Assembly (NCBI GenBank): GCA_051859245.1 | Contig: JBHYGA010000004.1 | Span: 32,001 to 96,000, forward strand | Source of the DNA: Gemmatimonadaceae bacterium | GTDB taxonomy: Bacteria; Gemmatimonadota; Gemmatimonadetes; Gemmatimonadales; Gemmatimonadaceae | Direction: 5' to 3' | Length of the DNA stretch: 64,000 nt | In this document: one piece after another, positions 47,088 to 56,775 of the stretch | Layout of the letters: every line of letters begins with the position of its first letter | Numbering within the stretch: position 1 is the first letter of the stretch | The notes under the pieces: generated by a model | What the model saw: the letters and a program-made list of their open reading frames with translations, nothing else | Told to the model about the DNA's origin: nothing | The model's database searches: none | Translations under genes and position numbers: made by a program

Positions 47088-48712
47088 AGTGCACGCCCCG
47101 TATTGATCACGTTGATATTCTTGAAGCGCACCGGGGGACAGCCGTGACTCACCGCGTTGGCCTGTGACGGCTGACCTTTACCGTCATTGAACGTGCCACC
47201 GAACTCGTAGCTGGATTTTCCGCCGAGCATATCCATGGCGTTCCAGAAATCCGGCGTGCGCATTTGGTAAGCGACGTCTTTCAGCTGACCCACGATTTTT
47301 CCGCCCCTAATTTCGTAGCACAACTGCGCGCCGAACTGCGCGTTGTACCGCTGCTGATCAATGGAGTACGACGAACGCCCGATCATGGCGATGCCACGAT
47401 CCGTGGCCGCAATGAGATCGTTCCACGACAAATCCTGCGCACCGGGCTGGAGCGAAACATTTGGCATGCGCTGGAACTGCACATCCGCCCAACTCTGTGC
47501 GTACGAGCAGCCATGCGAACGTGGCTGCTGTCCGTTTTTTGTGTACCACCAGTCTAGCAGCGGCGCCTGTTCGCGTGTGGTCTGGAAATCGTTGAGGATG
47601 CCGTCTTTGACAATGTGAAAATCGTCGGGCTGCACACCGTCATCGTCATACCCGATGGTGGCAAGCGCGCCAACTTCTGAACGATTGCCAATCAGGTTCA
47701 TCATGGGCGGGCCGAGCTTGAGCGATCCCAGCACTTTCTCCGGCGGCGCCATGAAGCTCGTGCCCGCGTAGTTGGCTTCGTAGCCCATCACGCGATCGAG
47801 TTCGGTGGGATGCGCGAGCGATTCGTGAATGGTGAGGAACAGCTGCGACGGATGCAAAATGAGATCGTAGCGACCCACGTCGACCGGTTTGGCCGTGAGT
47901 TTTTCTGCCGCTTCTTCGCCCCACTTGGCGGCGTTGCCGACAACATCCGCTTCGAGTACGTATTCCCAACCGCGACCAGCCGGCTGCACCACTTCAGGAC
48001 CGCGCACCGCGACTTCGCCATTCGCTTGTGCGGTAACCGACAGCGTGACCCAGCTGCGCACGTAATCCTGAGTGATCACGGAGCCATCCGTATTCGCGTA
48101 GTTCCGCTCTTCCTTCACGAACGACAGCCCAGAGTTCACAAAGCGCACATTGCGCACTTTCTGCGCCTCGGCGTTCGCCTTGAGTAACAACCCGACTTTG
48201 TCTTCGAGCGAGACGGTGAACGGATCAATCGTGTACGCACTCCGCCACGTAGCATTGGGATGCGCCGGTGCTGGTGCGAGCGTGACACGTCTGTCCATCG
48301 CCACACGATTGGCTTTCGCAATTGCCGCGGCTTCCTGCGCCGCCCCACCAACGCCCGCTTTGGTGAGTTCCTGCGTGGCCGAGAAACCCCAGCATCCGTC
48401 AACCAATACACGCACGCCGCAGCCCATGGTGTCGCTTTCCACCACGTTCGTGACTTGTTGCTCGCGCGTATTCACCGAGTTGTTGCGATTGCGACCAATG
48501 CGCACATCAGCCCACGACGCACCAGCGCGCTTGGCCGCGTCGAGCGCTTCCATCATGAGCTCGCGCGTGGCGGGGTCAGTGTAGACCGGCGGCAGCGGAC
48601 GCAGCAGCGAGTGTGATCCGAACGCTGGCGCCGCGCGCAGCAGCTCCGGCCCAACGGCCAGTGCGCCAAGCGACACGCCACTGGTTTTCAGAAAATCGCG
48701 ACGGGATGTCAT
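47084..48712 (-). CDS. TldD-family metalloprotease with Tat signal peptide
   Basis: N-terminal SRRDFLK; HESLAHPTE (HExxxH), YDDDG, QRMPNV, GKGQP.Q...VSHGCP. Confidence 0.92.
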   Translation of the reverse strand: MTSRRDFLKTSGVSLGALAVGPELLRAAPAFGSHSLLRPLPPVYTDPATRELMMEALDAAKRAGASWADVRIGRNRNNSVNTREQQVTNVVESDTMGCGVRVLVDGCWGFSATQELTKAGVGGAAQEAAAIAKANRVAMDRRVTLAPAPAHPNATWRSAYTIDPFTVSLEDKVGLLLKANAEAQKVRNVRFVNSGLSFVKEERNYANTDGSVITQDYVRSWVTLSVTAQANGEVAVRGPEVVQPAGRGWEYVLEADVVGNAAKWGEEAAEKLTAKPVDVGRYDLILHPSQLFLTIHESLAHPTELDRVMGYEANYAGTSFMAPPEKVLGSLKLGPPMMNLIGNRSEVGALATIGYDDDGVQPDDFHIVKDGILNDFQTTREQAPLLDWWYTKNGQQPRSHGCSYAQSWADVQFQRMPNVSLQPGAQDLSWNDLIAATDRGIAMIGRSSYSIDQQRYNAQFGAQLCYEIRGGKIVGQLKDVAYQMRTPDFWNAMDMLGGKSSYEFGGTFNDGKGQPSQANAVSHGCPPVRFKNINVINTGRAL

Positions 48713-48783
48713 GAGGTGGGGATGTTGCGAGAGAAGAGAGTATTACTGCAACTACGCTGCGACGGGCCCAATCGCTGCGGTCT

Positions 48784-50676
48784 TCACTGTTCCGACGCGA
48801 TGGTCTCGAGTTCTTCCCAGCGCGCCATGAGGCGTTCAATCTCCGATTCTACACGACTGAGCGCCTCACGCGCCGCAAGCACCGCTGCCGCGTCACGCAC
48901 CGTGGCCGGATCGGCCAGTGATTCGTAGCACTGACTGCGACTCGCTTCGGCGGCTTCGATCTGTGCCGGAAGTGCTGCAAGCTCGGATGTTTCCTTGAAC
49001 GTCAGCTTGCGCTTGCGCGTGGCGCGCGCCGGATTAGCCGGGGCGACTTTCGCGGGCTGCGGTCTGGTCGGTTCAGCCGGTACTGTGCGTTGGCGCACCC
49101 AATCACTGTAACCCCCAACGTATTCACGAACGATACCGCGCCCCTCGAACACCAGCGTGCTCGTGACCACCGCATCCAAAAATGCGCGGTCATGACTCAC
49201 CAGCAGCAGCGTTCCATTGAACTCGAGCAAACGATCTTCCAGCAGGTCCAGCGTCTCAACATCGAGATCGTTGGTGGGCTCGTCGAGCACCAGCAGATTG
49301 AACGAACGTGTGAACAATCGCGCAAGCAGCAGGCGGTTGCGCTCACCACCGGAAAGCGCGCGCACCGGGGTACGCGCACGCTCCGGACCAAACATGAAGT
49401 CCTGCAGATAGCTGTTCACATGTTTTCGATTGCCCGCGATCTCCACAAACTCGGCGCCGTCTGCAATGCTTGTGAACACGGTGGCGTCTGGATTCAGCTG
49501 ATCGCGCAACTGATCGAAGTAGGCGATTTCGAGATTCGTACCAATGCGAACGGTTCCCGCTTGCGGTTCCAACTCGCCGAGCAACAAACGAAGCAGGGTG
49601 GTTTTGCCAACGCCGTTGGGCCCAATGAGGCCGATGCGATCACCGCGCATGATGGTGCACGACACTTCGCGCGCAATCTCCTTGTCGCCATGCGAGAACC
49701 ACACACCGCGCGCCTCCACGACCAGCTTGCCGCTGCGCTCGGCTTCCTGCACCTGGAGTTTTGCCGTGCCGACGCGATCGCGCCGCGCTGAGCGTTCAAC
49801 GCGCATCGCTTCGAGTGAACGCACACGCCCTTCATTGCGTGTACGGCGAGCCTGAATACCGGTGCGGATCCACACCTCTTCTTCGGCCAGCCGGCGATCA
49901 AACTCAGCCCACTCCTTTGCTTCGGCGTGCAGCGCCGCGTCTTTGCGCTCCAGATAGAGATCGTAGTCGGCGCCCCAGTCGGACAGTTTGCCGCGGTCGA
50001 GCTCCACAATGCGCGTGGCAACACGTCGCAGGAACGCCCGATCGTGCGTGACAAAGATCAGCGTGAGGTTACGCTCGATCAGCCACGACTCCAGTAGCTC
50101 GATGGCCGCAATGTCGAGATGATTCGTTGGTTCGTCGAGCAGCAGCACGTCAGGCTCACGCACCAACGCGCGGGCAAGCAACGTCTGCCGCTTGCGCCCG
50201 CCGGAGGCCGCATCGAACATGGCATCAGGATCGAGTCCGAGCCGTTCGATCACGGTGCTCACGCGGTTGTTCACGTCCCACGCGCCGGCCACATCGATTG
50301 CCTGATGTAGTCGGTCGAGTTCCCGTAGGGCACGCTCGTCAGATCGCTGCGCCAGCTCGTGGCTGACATGGTGATACCTGGCGAGCAGCTCACCCACGGG
50401 GCCGAGCCCGCTCGCGACGACGTCAAAGACTGATCCGTCCAGATGATCCGGCACATCCTGCTGCAAACGCGAGACAGTGACCGTACCCTGCCGCACCACG
50501 TCGCCGCTGTCTGGCTGCATGGTGCCTTCGATCAACTGGAGCAGGGTGCTCTTCCCCGCGCCGTTACGGCCAAGCAGACAGACACGGTCGCCGCGTTCGA
50601 TAGCCAGATTGGCCTCGCGCAACACGGGTGGACCACCAAAGGCCATGGAAATGTTCTGGAGCGCGAGCAGGGCCAT
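48784..50676 (-). CDS. uup: ABC-F ATPase Uup
   Basis: Two ABC domains, no TM; linker WIRTGIQARRTRNEGRVR; C-terminal KRKLTFKE coiled coil. Confidence 0.9.
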   Translation of the reverse strand: MALLALQNISMAFGGPPVLREANLAIERGDRVCLLGRNGAGKSTLLQLIEGTMQPDSGDVVRQGTVTVSRLQQDVPDHLDGSVFDVVASGLGPVGELLARYHHVSHELAQRSDERALRELDRLHQAIDVAGAWDVNNRVSTVIERLGLDPDAMFDAASGGRKRQTLLARALVREPDVLLLDEPTNHLDIAAIELLESWLIERNLTLIFVTHDRAFLRRVATRIVELDRGKLSDWGADYDLYLERKDAALHAEAKEWAEFDRRLAEEEVWIRTGIQARRTRNEGRVRSLEAMRVERSARRDRVGTAKLQVQEAERSGKLVVEARGVWFSHGDKEIAREVSCTIMRGDRIGLIGPNGVGKTTLLRLLLGELEPQAGTVRIGTNLEIAYFDQLRDQLNPDATVFTSIADGAEFVEIAGNRKHVNSYLQDFMFGPERARTPVRALSGGERNRLLLARLFTRSFNLLVLDEPTNDLDVETLDLLEDRLLEFNGTLLLVSHDRAFLDAVVTSTLVFEGRGIVREYVGGYSDWVRQRTVPAEPTRPQPAKVAPANPARATRKRKLTFKETSELAALPAQIEAAEASRSQCYESLADPATVRDAAAVLAAREALSRVESEIERLMARWEELETIASEQ

Positions 50677-50758
50677 CGGTGCGGTCTGGAGGGATCGGAT
50701 TATGAGATTGTGCCTCCCGCGCTCGCGCGCGGGCCGTCCCACAAGATATCCTGAAGAC

Positions 50759-51952
50759 ATGTGTCATCGACTGCCGACTGCGCTGATTCGTCCGCTGAGT
50801 GCCTGGTTCAGCCTGGGCTGGGCAGTGCTGATCACCGCGCCGCTGTTGTTTGCGCCGCTGACTGGCATCTCGCCGCTCTCGGCCCAGGCAACGGCCACGC
50901 CAATCACGCGCGTGAGTGCGCTTTCGAACACCGAGTTCGCACGCACGATCTCGGAGCTGTCAGAGGCGGGCGGCTACTTTGACACCGACAACCTGATTTC
51001 CAACGAGCGCAGCTATTTGCACGTGATGGACCAGCTCGACCGGCTGCAAGTGCGCGGCGGCGCGTACATCGGTGTAGGGCCGGATCAGAGTTACTCGTAT
51101 ATCGCACGGACACGTTCAGAACTCGCGTTCCTGCTGGACATTCGCCGCGACAATCTGTTGCAGCACGTGTTGTTCAAGGCGTTGTTCGCCGAAGCCCGAA
51201 CGCGCGCTGAGTACCTTGCGCTGTGGCTCGGCCGGCCGGTCGTGTTTTCCGTACAGCGCGATGCGGCCCTCTCGATTGACGCGCTGCTCGAACAGCTGGA
51301 GCGCACGCCTGCCACCAACGAAAGTCGCAGTGCCGCGCAGCGTGCGGTGCGCGCTCAGATTGCTCGCATGGGACTTTCGTTGTCTGCGGACGACATGGCA
51401 ACGATTGCGCGATTCCATGACACATTCATGTCGCAGGGGCTCGCGCTGCGGTTCACGTCTATCGGTCGTGCTCCGCGCCCCTACTATCCAACACTGCGCG
51501 ACCTGCTGCGTGAAACCGATCGTGCCGGTCGACAGGCGAACTATCTCGCGTCGGAGGCAGACTTTCAGTATCTGAAGGAGCTGCACCATCGCAACCTGAT
51601 CATTCCGATTGTCGGCGATCTTGCGGGCCCGAAAGCGGTTGCCGGAGCCGGCAGATTCGTGCGTGAGCGAGGACTTGTGGTGAGCGTGCTCTACGCGTCA
51701 AACGCCGAAGACTACGTGATGCGTGATGGTGGCTTCGCACGCTACGTGCAGAATGTGGCATCGTTGCCGCGCGCGTCGAACAGCGTGATGATCCGCAGCT
51801 GGTTTGGCGGGCCCGGCACACATCCGCACGAAGTGCCGGGTTATTTCAGCGTGCAGCTGCTGCAAACGATGGATGCCTTTATGCAGGCGTCGAAGGCCGA
51901 TGTGCAGTGGGGCTATCGTGCGTTGGTGTTCTCACCGCATGTCGTGCCGTGA
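50759..51952 (+). CDS. Secreted hypothetical protein with a Gly-rich Rossmann-like motif
   Basis: Signal peptide ending LSA-Q; conserved-looking FDTDNLISNE, GGAYIGVGPDQ, VGDLAG and YASNAEDY. Confidence 0.65.
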   Translation: MCHRLPTALIRPLSAWFSLGWAVLITAPLLFAPLTGISPLSAQATATPITRVSALSNTEFARTISELSEAGGYFDTDNLISNERSYLHVMDQLDRLQVRGGAYIGVGPDQSYSYIARTRSELAFLLDIRRDNLLQHVLFKALFAEARTRAEYLALWLGRPVVFSVQRDAALSIDALLEQLERTPATNESRSAAQRAVRAQIARMGLSLSADDMATIARFHDTFMSQGLALRFTSIGRAPRPYYPTLRDLLRETDRAGRQANYLASEADFQYLKELHHRNLIIPIVGDLAGPKAVAGAGRFVRERGLVVSVLYASNAEDYVMRDGGFARYVQNVASLPRASNSVMIRSWFGGPGTHPHEVPGYFSVQLLQTMDAFMQASKADVQWGYRALVFSPHVVP

Positions 51953-51958
51953 GCGCAC

Positions 51959-52852
51959 TCAGGACTTCAACAACCCACGCAGCGTCGTCGCGCTATCGTA
52001 TTCGATATCGTACAGCAGCCATGCGTTGTTGATACGCTCCATGACGTATCGCACGTCGGTAGCACGGAAGGCATCGCGAAACGTCACGCGCACGCGAGAC
52101 ATCGCGCCGTCTGTTTGCCAGCCGTTTACCACAAACCGTGTGGGATATTCCTGCGCATTGGTGAACGGATCGCCATTGATCGCTGGCGGTTCATCCGCTG
52201 GCACCGGCTTCGCGAAATACGCTTGCATGTCCAGCCAGAGTGTTGGCGACAACAGCGCGCGTTTCTGTTCGGCCCGCGTGCGATCAAACGCCAAGTCTCC
52301 CGCAAAATGCGCTTCAAGTAATTCCTGCACCGCGACTGCCGCAGGTTCCGCAGTTGGCGCACGCACCAACGTGAGGATCCGGTTATCGATCGCGACGAGC
52401 ATGGAGACCGAATCCACCCGAACGAAATCGAAACCGCCGGTTGAACAGGTGAGCCGCACCGCGGGTGCCGGCAGCTGCCCAATGCCAAGGTCAGCCGCAA
52501 GCCTCGCGTCTGACAGTCCACCCTCAAACAGTCCCTCGGCGGGCAGCTCGACGAGCGTGTGATCCACACCGCTGCACGAGAGCACACCCGGCCCTTCAAC
52601 ACGTGCACTGTCAAACGCCAGCGTTTGACCGACATATGAACTCGCGGGCGACGCGAGAGCAGTGTCCGTGACCCACGGCGCACGTACCGCCCTCGCGATC
52701 CGCCACTCGCCGGAAAAATCCGGGAGTGGCGGGGACACCGCAACCGAGTCAACAACGCCAGCATCGGCTGGCACATCTTCCGGCGCGCGATCACAGGCCG
52801 CGAGCAACAACACGCTGCCGACCGCATACATCGCGGTTTTACACCACGACAT
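51959..52852 (-). CDS. Lipoprotein with DUF3828-like C-terminal domain
   Basis: Lipobox LAA-C; INGDPFTNAQE and terminal WLLYDIEY...TLRGLL. Confidence 0.7.
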   Translation of the reverse strand: MSWCKTAMYAVGSVLLLAACDRAPEDVPADAGVVDSVAVSPPLPDFSGEWRIARAVRAPWVTDTALASPASSYVGQTLAFDSARVEGPGVLSCSGVDHTLVELPAEGLFEGGLSDARLAADLGIGQLPAPAVRLTCSTGGFDFVRVDSVSMLVAIDNRILTLVRAPTAEPAAVAVQELLEAHFAGDLAFDRTRAEQKRALLSPTLWLDMQAYFAKPVPADEPPAINGDPFTNAQEYPTRFVVNGWQTDGAMSRVRVTFRDAFRATDVRYVMERINNAWLLYDIEYDSATTLRGLLKS

Positions 52853-54704
52853 ACGCCTCCATCGCGAAGTACTCCGCCAGTCCGAGACGGTCGAGCAAGG
52901 CCGCGGTTTCCTTGTTGCGCGCGTCAACACGCTGCCAAAACTCACGATCATCCTGGCCTGGGAACGGTGCCGAGTCTTTCTGCGACTGGTGTTTGAAGAT
53001 GGCCTGAATCTTGAGACGCAGTTCGTCCTGCGAAATTGGCACAAGCCACGTGGCTTCGGTGACCGGCCACTCCTGCCACGCGCCGCGATACAACCACACT
53101 TCCGGTCGTACAAACGACGCGTCCTCGATGAGCAGTTCTTCGAGCGCGCGCTCCACCGCTTCTTTGCACATGCGATGCGTGCCATGCGGATCGGACAAGT
53201 CACCCGCCACAAAAATCTGGTCGGGCGAGATCTCGCGCAGCAACGCCTTCACGATGTCCACGTCGGCTTTGCCGATCGGATCCTTGCGCACCTTGCCCGT
53301 CTGGTAAAACGGCAGATCAAGAAAACGCGCGGCCTTGCTCGAGAGTCCGATGGTTTCAATACCAGACACCGCTTCTGCCTCGCGAATCACGCGCTTGATA
53401 TCCTGCACCTCCGGGCTGTCCACATCGCCCGCTTTCTTGGACGCGAGGAACGTGAGCACGCGCTCGCGCACCGCTTCAATCGCGGCGACATCAAGCTGTT
53501 GATCGCGCGCCAGTCGCACGAGGAAATCAACGTGACGACGCACATCGTGATCAAACACGGCAATATTGCCGCTCGTCATGTAGGCCACGGTGATGTCATT
53601 CTCGTTGAGCACCAGCTTGCGGAGAATGCCGCCCATCGAGATCACATCGTCATCGGGGTGCGGCGAGAAGCAGATAATCTTCTTGCCCGACACCAGCTTG
53701 GAGCGTCCGCGAATACGCGAGCCCAGCGTATTGAAGATCAATCCGTTCACATCGCCCGCCGTGCCGTGCTGCGCGAGCAGCGACGACAGATGGTACTCCG
53801 CGTAGTCACGCTCGGTGAGCTTGAGGATCGCCTTCCCCGCCGTACGCGAGAGCCACACGACCGCGCGCAGTGTGAGGTCGGGAGTCCACTGCACTTCATC
53901 AATCAGCCACGGCGTCGCAATGCGTGTGAGTTCAGCGGCGGCTGCGTCGTCAACATAGAACGTCGTGCCGCCGTGGCGCTGCAGGAACGTGGCCGCGACA
54001 TCTACCGCGATCTCACCTTCCACCGCGCGCTTCACGATTGCCGCTTTGTGTTCGCCGGTAGCGAGCAGGGCAATCTCACGCGCCGCGAGAATGGTGGCCA
54101 CACCCATCGTGATGGCTTCGCGCGGCACGTGTTCTTCGCCAAAAAAGTCCGCGGCCGCGTCACGGCGCGTGACCATATCGAGCGCGATCATTCGCGTGCG
54201 CGAATCGGCACCTGAACCGGGTTCGTTAAACCCGATGTGTCCCGTTTTACCAATGCCGAGCAGCTGAAAATCAATGCCGCCAGCGCGTTCGATCGCCGCC
54301 TCGTACTCGGCGACGTGCGCATCAAGTCCGTCGCGCGGCACGCTGCCGGACGGGATGTGCACATTCTCCGGCTTGATATCGATGTGCGAGAACAGGTTCT
54401 CCCACATGTAGCGATGGTACGCATGCACGCTGTCGGGCGGCATGGGATAGTACTCATCGAGATTGAACGTGGTCACATGCTGAAACGACAAACCCTCGTC
54501 GCGATGCATGCGAATCAGCTCGCGATACACACCAATGGGCGTAGATCCGGTGGCGAGACCGAGTACACAAGTCTTGCCCTCGCCCGCCTTCTGGCGCACC
54601 AGCGCGCCGATACGCGCCGCCACGAGCCGCGCGATATCGTCATGATCAGGGACAACAACTACGGGAATTCGTTCGCGTGTGGTCGAGTGCGTAGGGGAGT
54701 TCAC
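52839..54704 (-). CDS. nagB: Glucosamine-6-phosphate deaminase fused to a PIG-L/LmbE-like domain
   Basis: LGLATGSTP, FNLDEY, GIG.TGHIGFNEPGS, AITMG; C-terminal SPHPDDD, DPHGTH, KHQSQ. Confidence 0.93.
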   Translation of the reverse strand: MNSPTHSTTRERIPVVVVPDHDDIARLVAARIGALVRQKAGEGKTCVLGLATGSTPIGVYRELIRMHRDEGLSFQHVTTFNLDEYYPMPPDSVHAYHRYMWENLFSHIDIKPENVHIPSGSVPRDGLDAHVAEYEAAIERAGGIDFQLLGIGKTGHIGFNEPGSGADSRTRMIALDMVTRRDAAADFFGEEHVPREAITMGVATILAAREIALLATGEHKAAIVKRAVEGEIAVDVAATFLQRHGGTTFYVDDAAAAELTRIATPWLIDEVQWTPDLTLRAVVWLSRTAGKAILKLTERDYAEYHLSSLLAQHGTAGDVNGLIFNTLGSRIRGRSKLVSGKKIICFSPHPDDDVISMGGILRKLVLNENDITVAYMTSGNIAVFDHDVRRHVDFLVRLARDQQLDVAAIEAVRERVLTFLASKKAGDVDSPEVQDIKRVIREAEAVSGIETIGLSSKAARFLDLPFYQTGKVRKDPIGKADVDIVKALLREISPDQIFVAGDLSDPHGTHRMCKEAVERALEELLIEDASFVRPEVWLYRGAWQEWPVTEATWLVPISQDELRLKIQAIFKHQSQKDSAPFPGQDDREFWQRVDARNKETAALLDRLGLAEYFAMEAYVVV

Positions 54705-54750
54705 GTGCGATCAGATCGGATGGGTCGGCGGGACGCGGGGCTGGAGTGCC

Positions 54751-55188
54751 CTAGCGGGTGCCGAACATGTAGCCATTAAGGTACTGAATGGTGGACTCGT
54801 GCTCAGCTACACGGAAGGCGAGCATGTCACCAATTGTCACAACGCCGTATACGGTCTGCTCGTCGGCCACCGGCAAGTGGCGGATCCGGCGGGTGGTCAT
54901 CACGGCGCTGCATTCGTCGAGCTTGGTGTTGGGCAGGCAGGTAATGACATCGCGGGTCATCACTTCTGACACGGGCGTGGTTTTTGGATCCCGGCCGGCC
55001 ACCACGACGCGGCGCAAGATGTCCCGCTCCGTGAAGACGCCGAGCAGGTTCTTGCCTTCGTCCACGATGAGCAGACCGCCCACCCCGCGCTCATTCATGA
55101 GCTCGGCGGCCTGAAAGACGGTCGCCGAGGGGACGATGGAGACAACGGCGGTACCCTTTCGGGCGAGAATGTCGCGAACTGTTGGCAT
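54751..55188 (-). CDS. CBS-domain pair protein
   Basis: GVFTERD, VSEVMT, IRHLPV, GVVTIGD. Confidence 0.92.
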   Translation of the reverse strand: MPTVRDILARKGTAVVSIVPSATVFQAAELMNERGVGGLLIVDEGKNLLGVFTERDILRRVVVAGRDPKTTPVSEVMTRDVITCLPNTKLDECSAVMTTRRIRHLPVADEQTVYGVVTIGDMLAFRVAEHESTIQYLNGYMFGTR

Positions 55189-55240
55189 GGTGAAACTCCT
55201 GAGAAAAGAATGCGGCCCGAGCCGAAGCCGAGCGATAGCG

Positions 55241-55978
55241 TCAGCGCGTGAGCCCGTACACGATGTAGTTGGTGGCAAACTTGTAGGCGTCGTTGGACAG
55301 GTTCACCGGGTACCACCCCTCGCCAGACCACTCCATGTAGTCGCCAATGTCGTTGTTGTAATTGATGATCACCATCAGCCGGCGCGACGGGTCATTGTTC
55401 TCATAGATCCCGAGATATTCCGCGCGCGCGCCCGGCGTGCCAGGGTGATTCATCCCCTCAAGCGAGGCGATGGAAAAGAATGAGTGAAAAATGGGATGAT
55501 CCACCGTGAGCGGAACGATTTGCGCATCCGGCAGCACGTAGCGCATGGCGCGCTCGAACTGAGCCCACTGATTGAGCAGGAAATCGTCGACAATCAGGAA
55601 TCCTCCCTTCTGCAACCATTTGCGCAGTCCGTCTGCTTCGCTGTCATCAGGATACCAGTAGCCCGGCTCCGACAGATAGGCGATCGGATAGCGAGACAGC
55701 TCTGGATCGTTCATGTCGAGCACGTTGCTTTCTGTCACGTGCGGATGAACCGTAGACAGATCATTCAGAATCGTCATGAAGTTGCGCTCCATGGCGGGGT
55801 AGTCGAATGACCAGCCCGGATGTCCCTGATACCGCAGACGCGCGAACGTGAACTTCCCGTCGTAGGGGGCGTTGGGTTCTACGTACTGATACCGCCGCTG
55901 TGAATCCGCGTGACCGGCGGAGAACACAACGGCCGCAAGCGCTACGAGCAGCGCTCTGCTTCGCGTGAAACACGTCAC
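55241..55978 (-). CDS. DUF4159-like secreted protein
   Basis: FTFARLRY, W..DYP, YPIAYLSEPG, GGFLIVDDF, HPIFHSFF, NYIVYGLT; GTGA overlap with the upstream gene. Confidence 0.8.
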   Translation of the reverse strand: MTCFTRSRALLVALAAVVFSAGHADSQRRYQYVEPNAPYDGKFTFARLRYQGHPGWSFDYPAMERNFMTILNDLSTVHPHVTESNVLDMNDPELSRYPIAYLSEPGYWYPDDSEADGLRKWLQKGGFLIVDDFLLNQWAQFERAMRYVLPDAQIVPLTVDHPIFHSFFSIASLEGMNHPGTPGARAEYLGIYENNDPSRRLMVIINYNNDIGDYMEWSGEGWYPVNLSNDAYKFATNYIVYGLTR

Positions 55979-56544
55979 GCGGATGCGTTGTATGCGGTTC
56001 GTAACCACTGCAGGAGCTCGCCGTCAATTTCTCCAACCGAGCTAAGCCGCAACTTGTAGTTGCACATGCCGCCAGGTGGAATTGCAAGTAAACGATCAGT
56101 GGCGTCAACGCCCTTCATGTTGAAGCCGATTTCAATCTTGTCCCTGGTGGCGGGTCCCACGGTCGCGAACTGCTTACTGCGTCGCAAACTCACGTACGTT
56201 TTCTTTGGCGCATGTTCGAACGGTCCGAACGCGCTGATCGCATTAATGATTGCGTCATGCAGGGGACGTAGCGCGGACTTCGGACCGGTGTAGATCGTGT
56301 CCAGGATGTCATCAACGGCCTTGCCTTCCGCCATCGCATCGCCGTGCGACTGCATCGCCATGTGCACGAGCGTATTGGCGTCGCCGTGCCCCATCCCGAG
56401 CTGCTGCTTGAGCATCGCCACTTTCTCACCATGCTTGCTCAACCCGCTCGCCTGAATGATCGCCGAGAGTTCGGCGATCGACTTGCCAGTGCGCTTCTCG
56501 ATATTGGCCATTTGTGTGGCCACGGCCTGCGCCAGATCAGCCAT
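55975..56544 (-). CDS. DUF4287 + DUF5655-like protein
   Basis: NIEKRTGKS and LGMGHGDANTLV (DUF4287-like); PKKTYVSLRRSKQFA and LLQWLRTAY (DUF5655-like). Confidence 0.75.
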   Translation of the reverse strand: MADLAQAVATQMANIEKRTGKSIAELSAIIQASGLSKHGEKVAMLKQQLGMGHGDANTLVHMAMQSHGDAMAEGKAVDDILDTIYTGPKSALRPLHDAIINAISAFGPFEHAPKKTYVSLRRSKQFATVGPATRDKIEIGFNMKGVDATDRLLAIPPGGMCNYKLRLSSVGEIDGELLQWLRTAYNASA

Positions 56545-56775
56545 GCGGCCTCCGGTCGGGAATGGGGCACGAACGCGGGGAGCGTCTGAGGGGGGATGGG
56601 AAGCATGCGCCCTGCGGCAGCACCCGTCAACGTGCCGCTGGAAACCAGCGGCGCGCGTCGAGGGCAACGCACATATTCCGGGGACGAGTCGCGAAGGCCA
56701 CCCCTGCGCGCTTGCCCACCCGCCACGAAGCCGTCGCGTCGTATCGTCCGCTCACCTGCCCGTTGGATCATTCCC

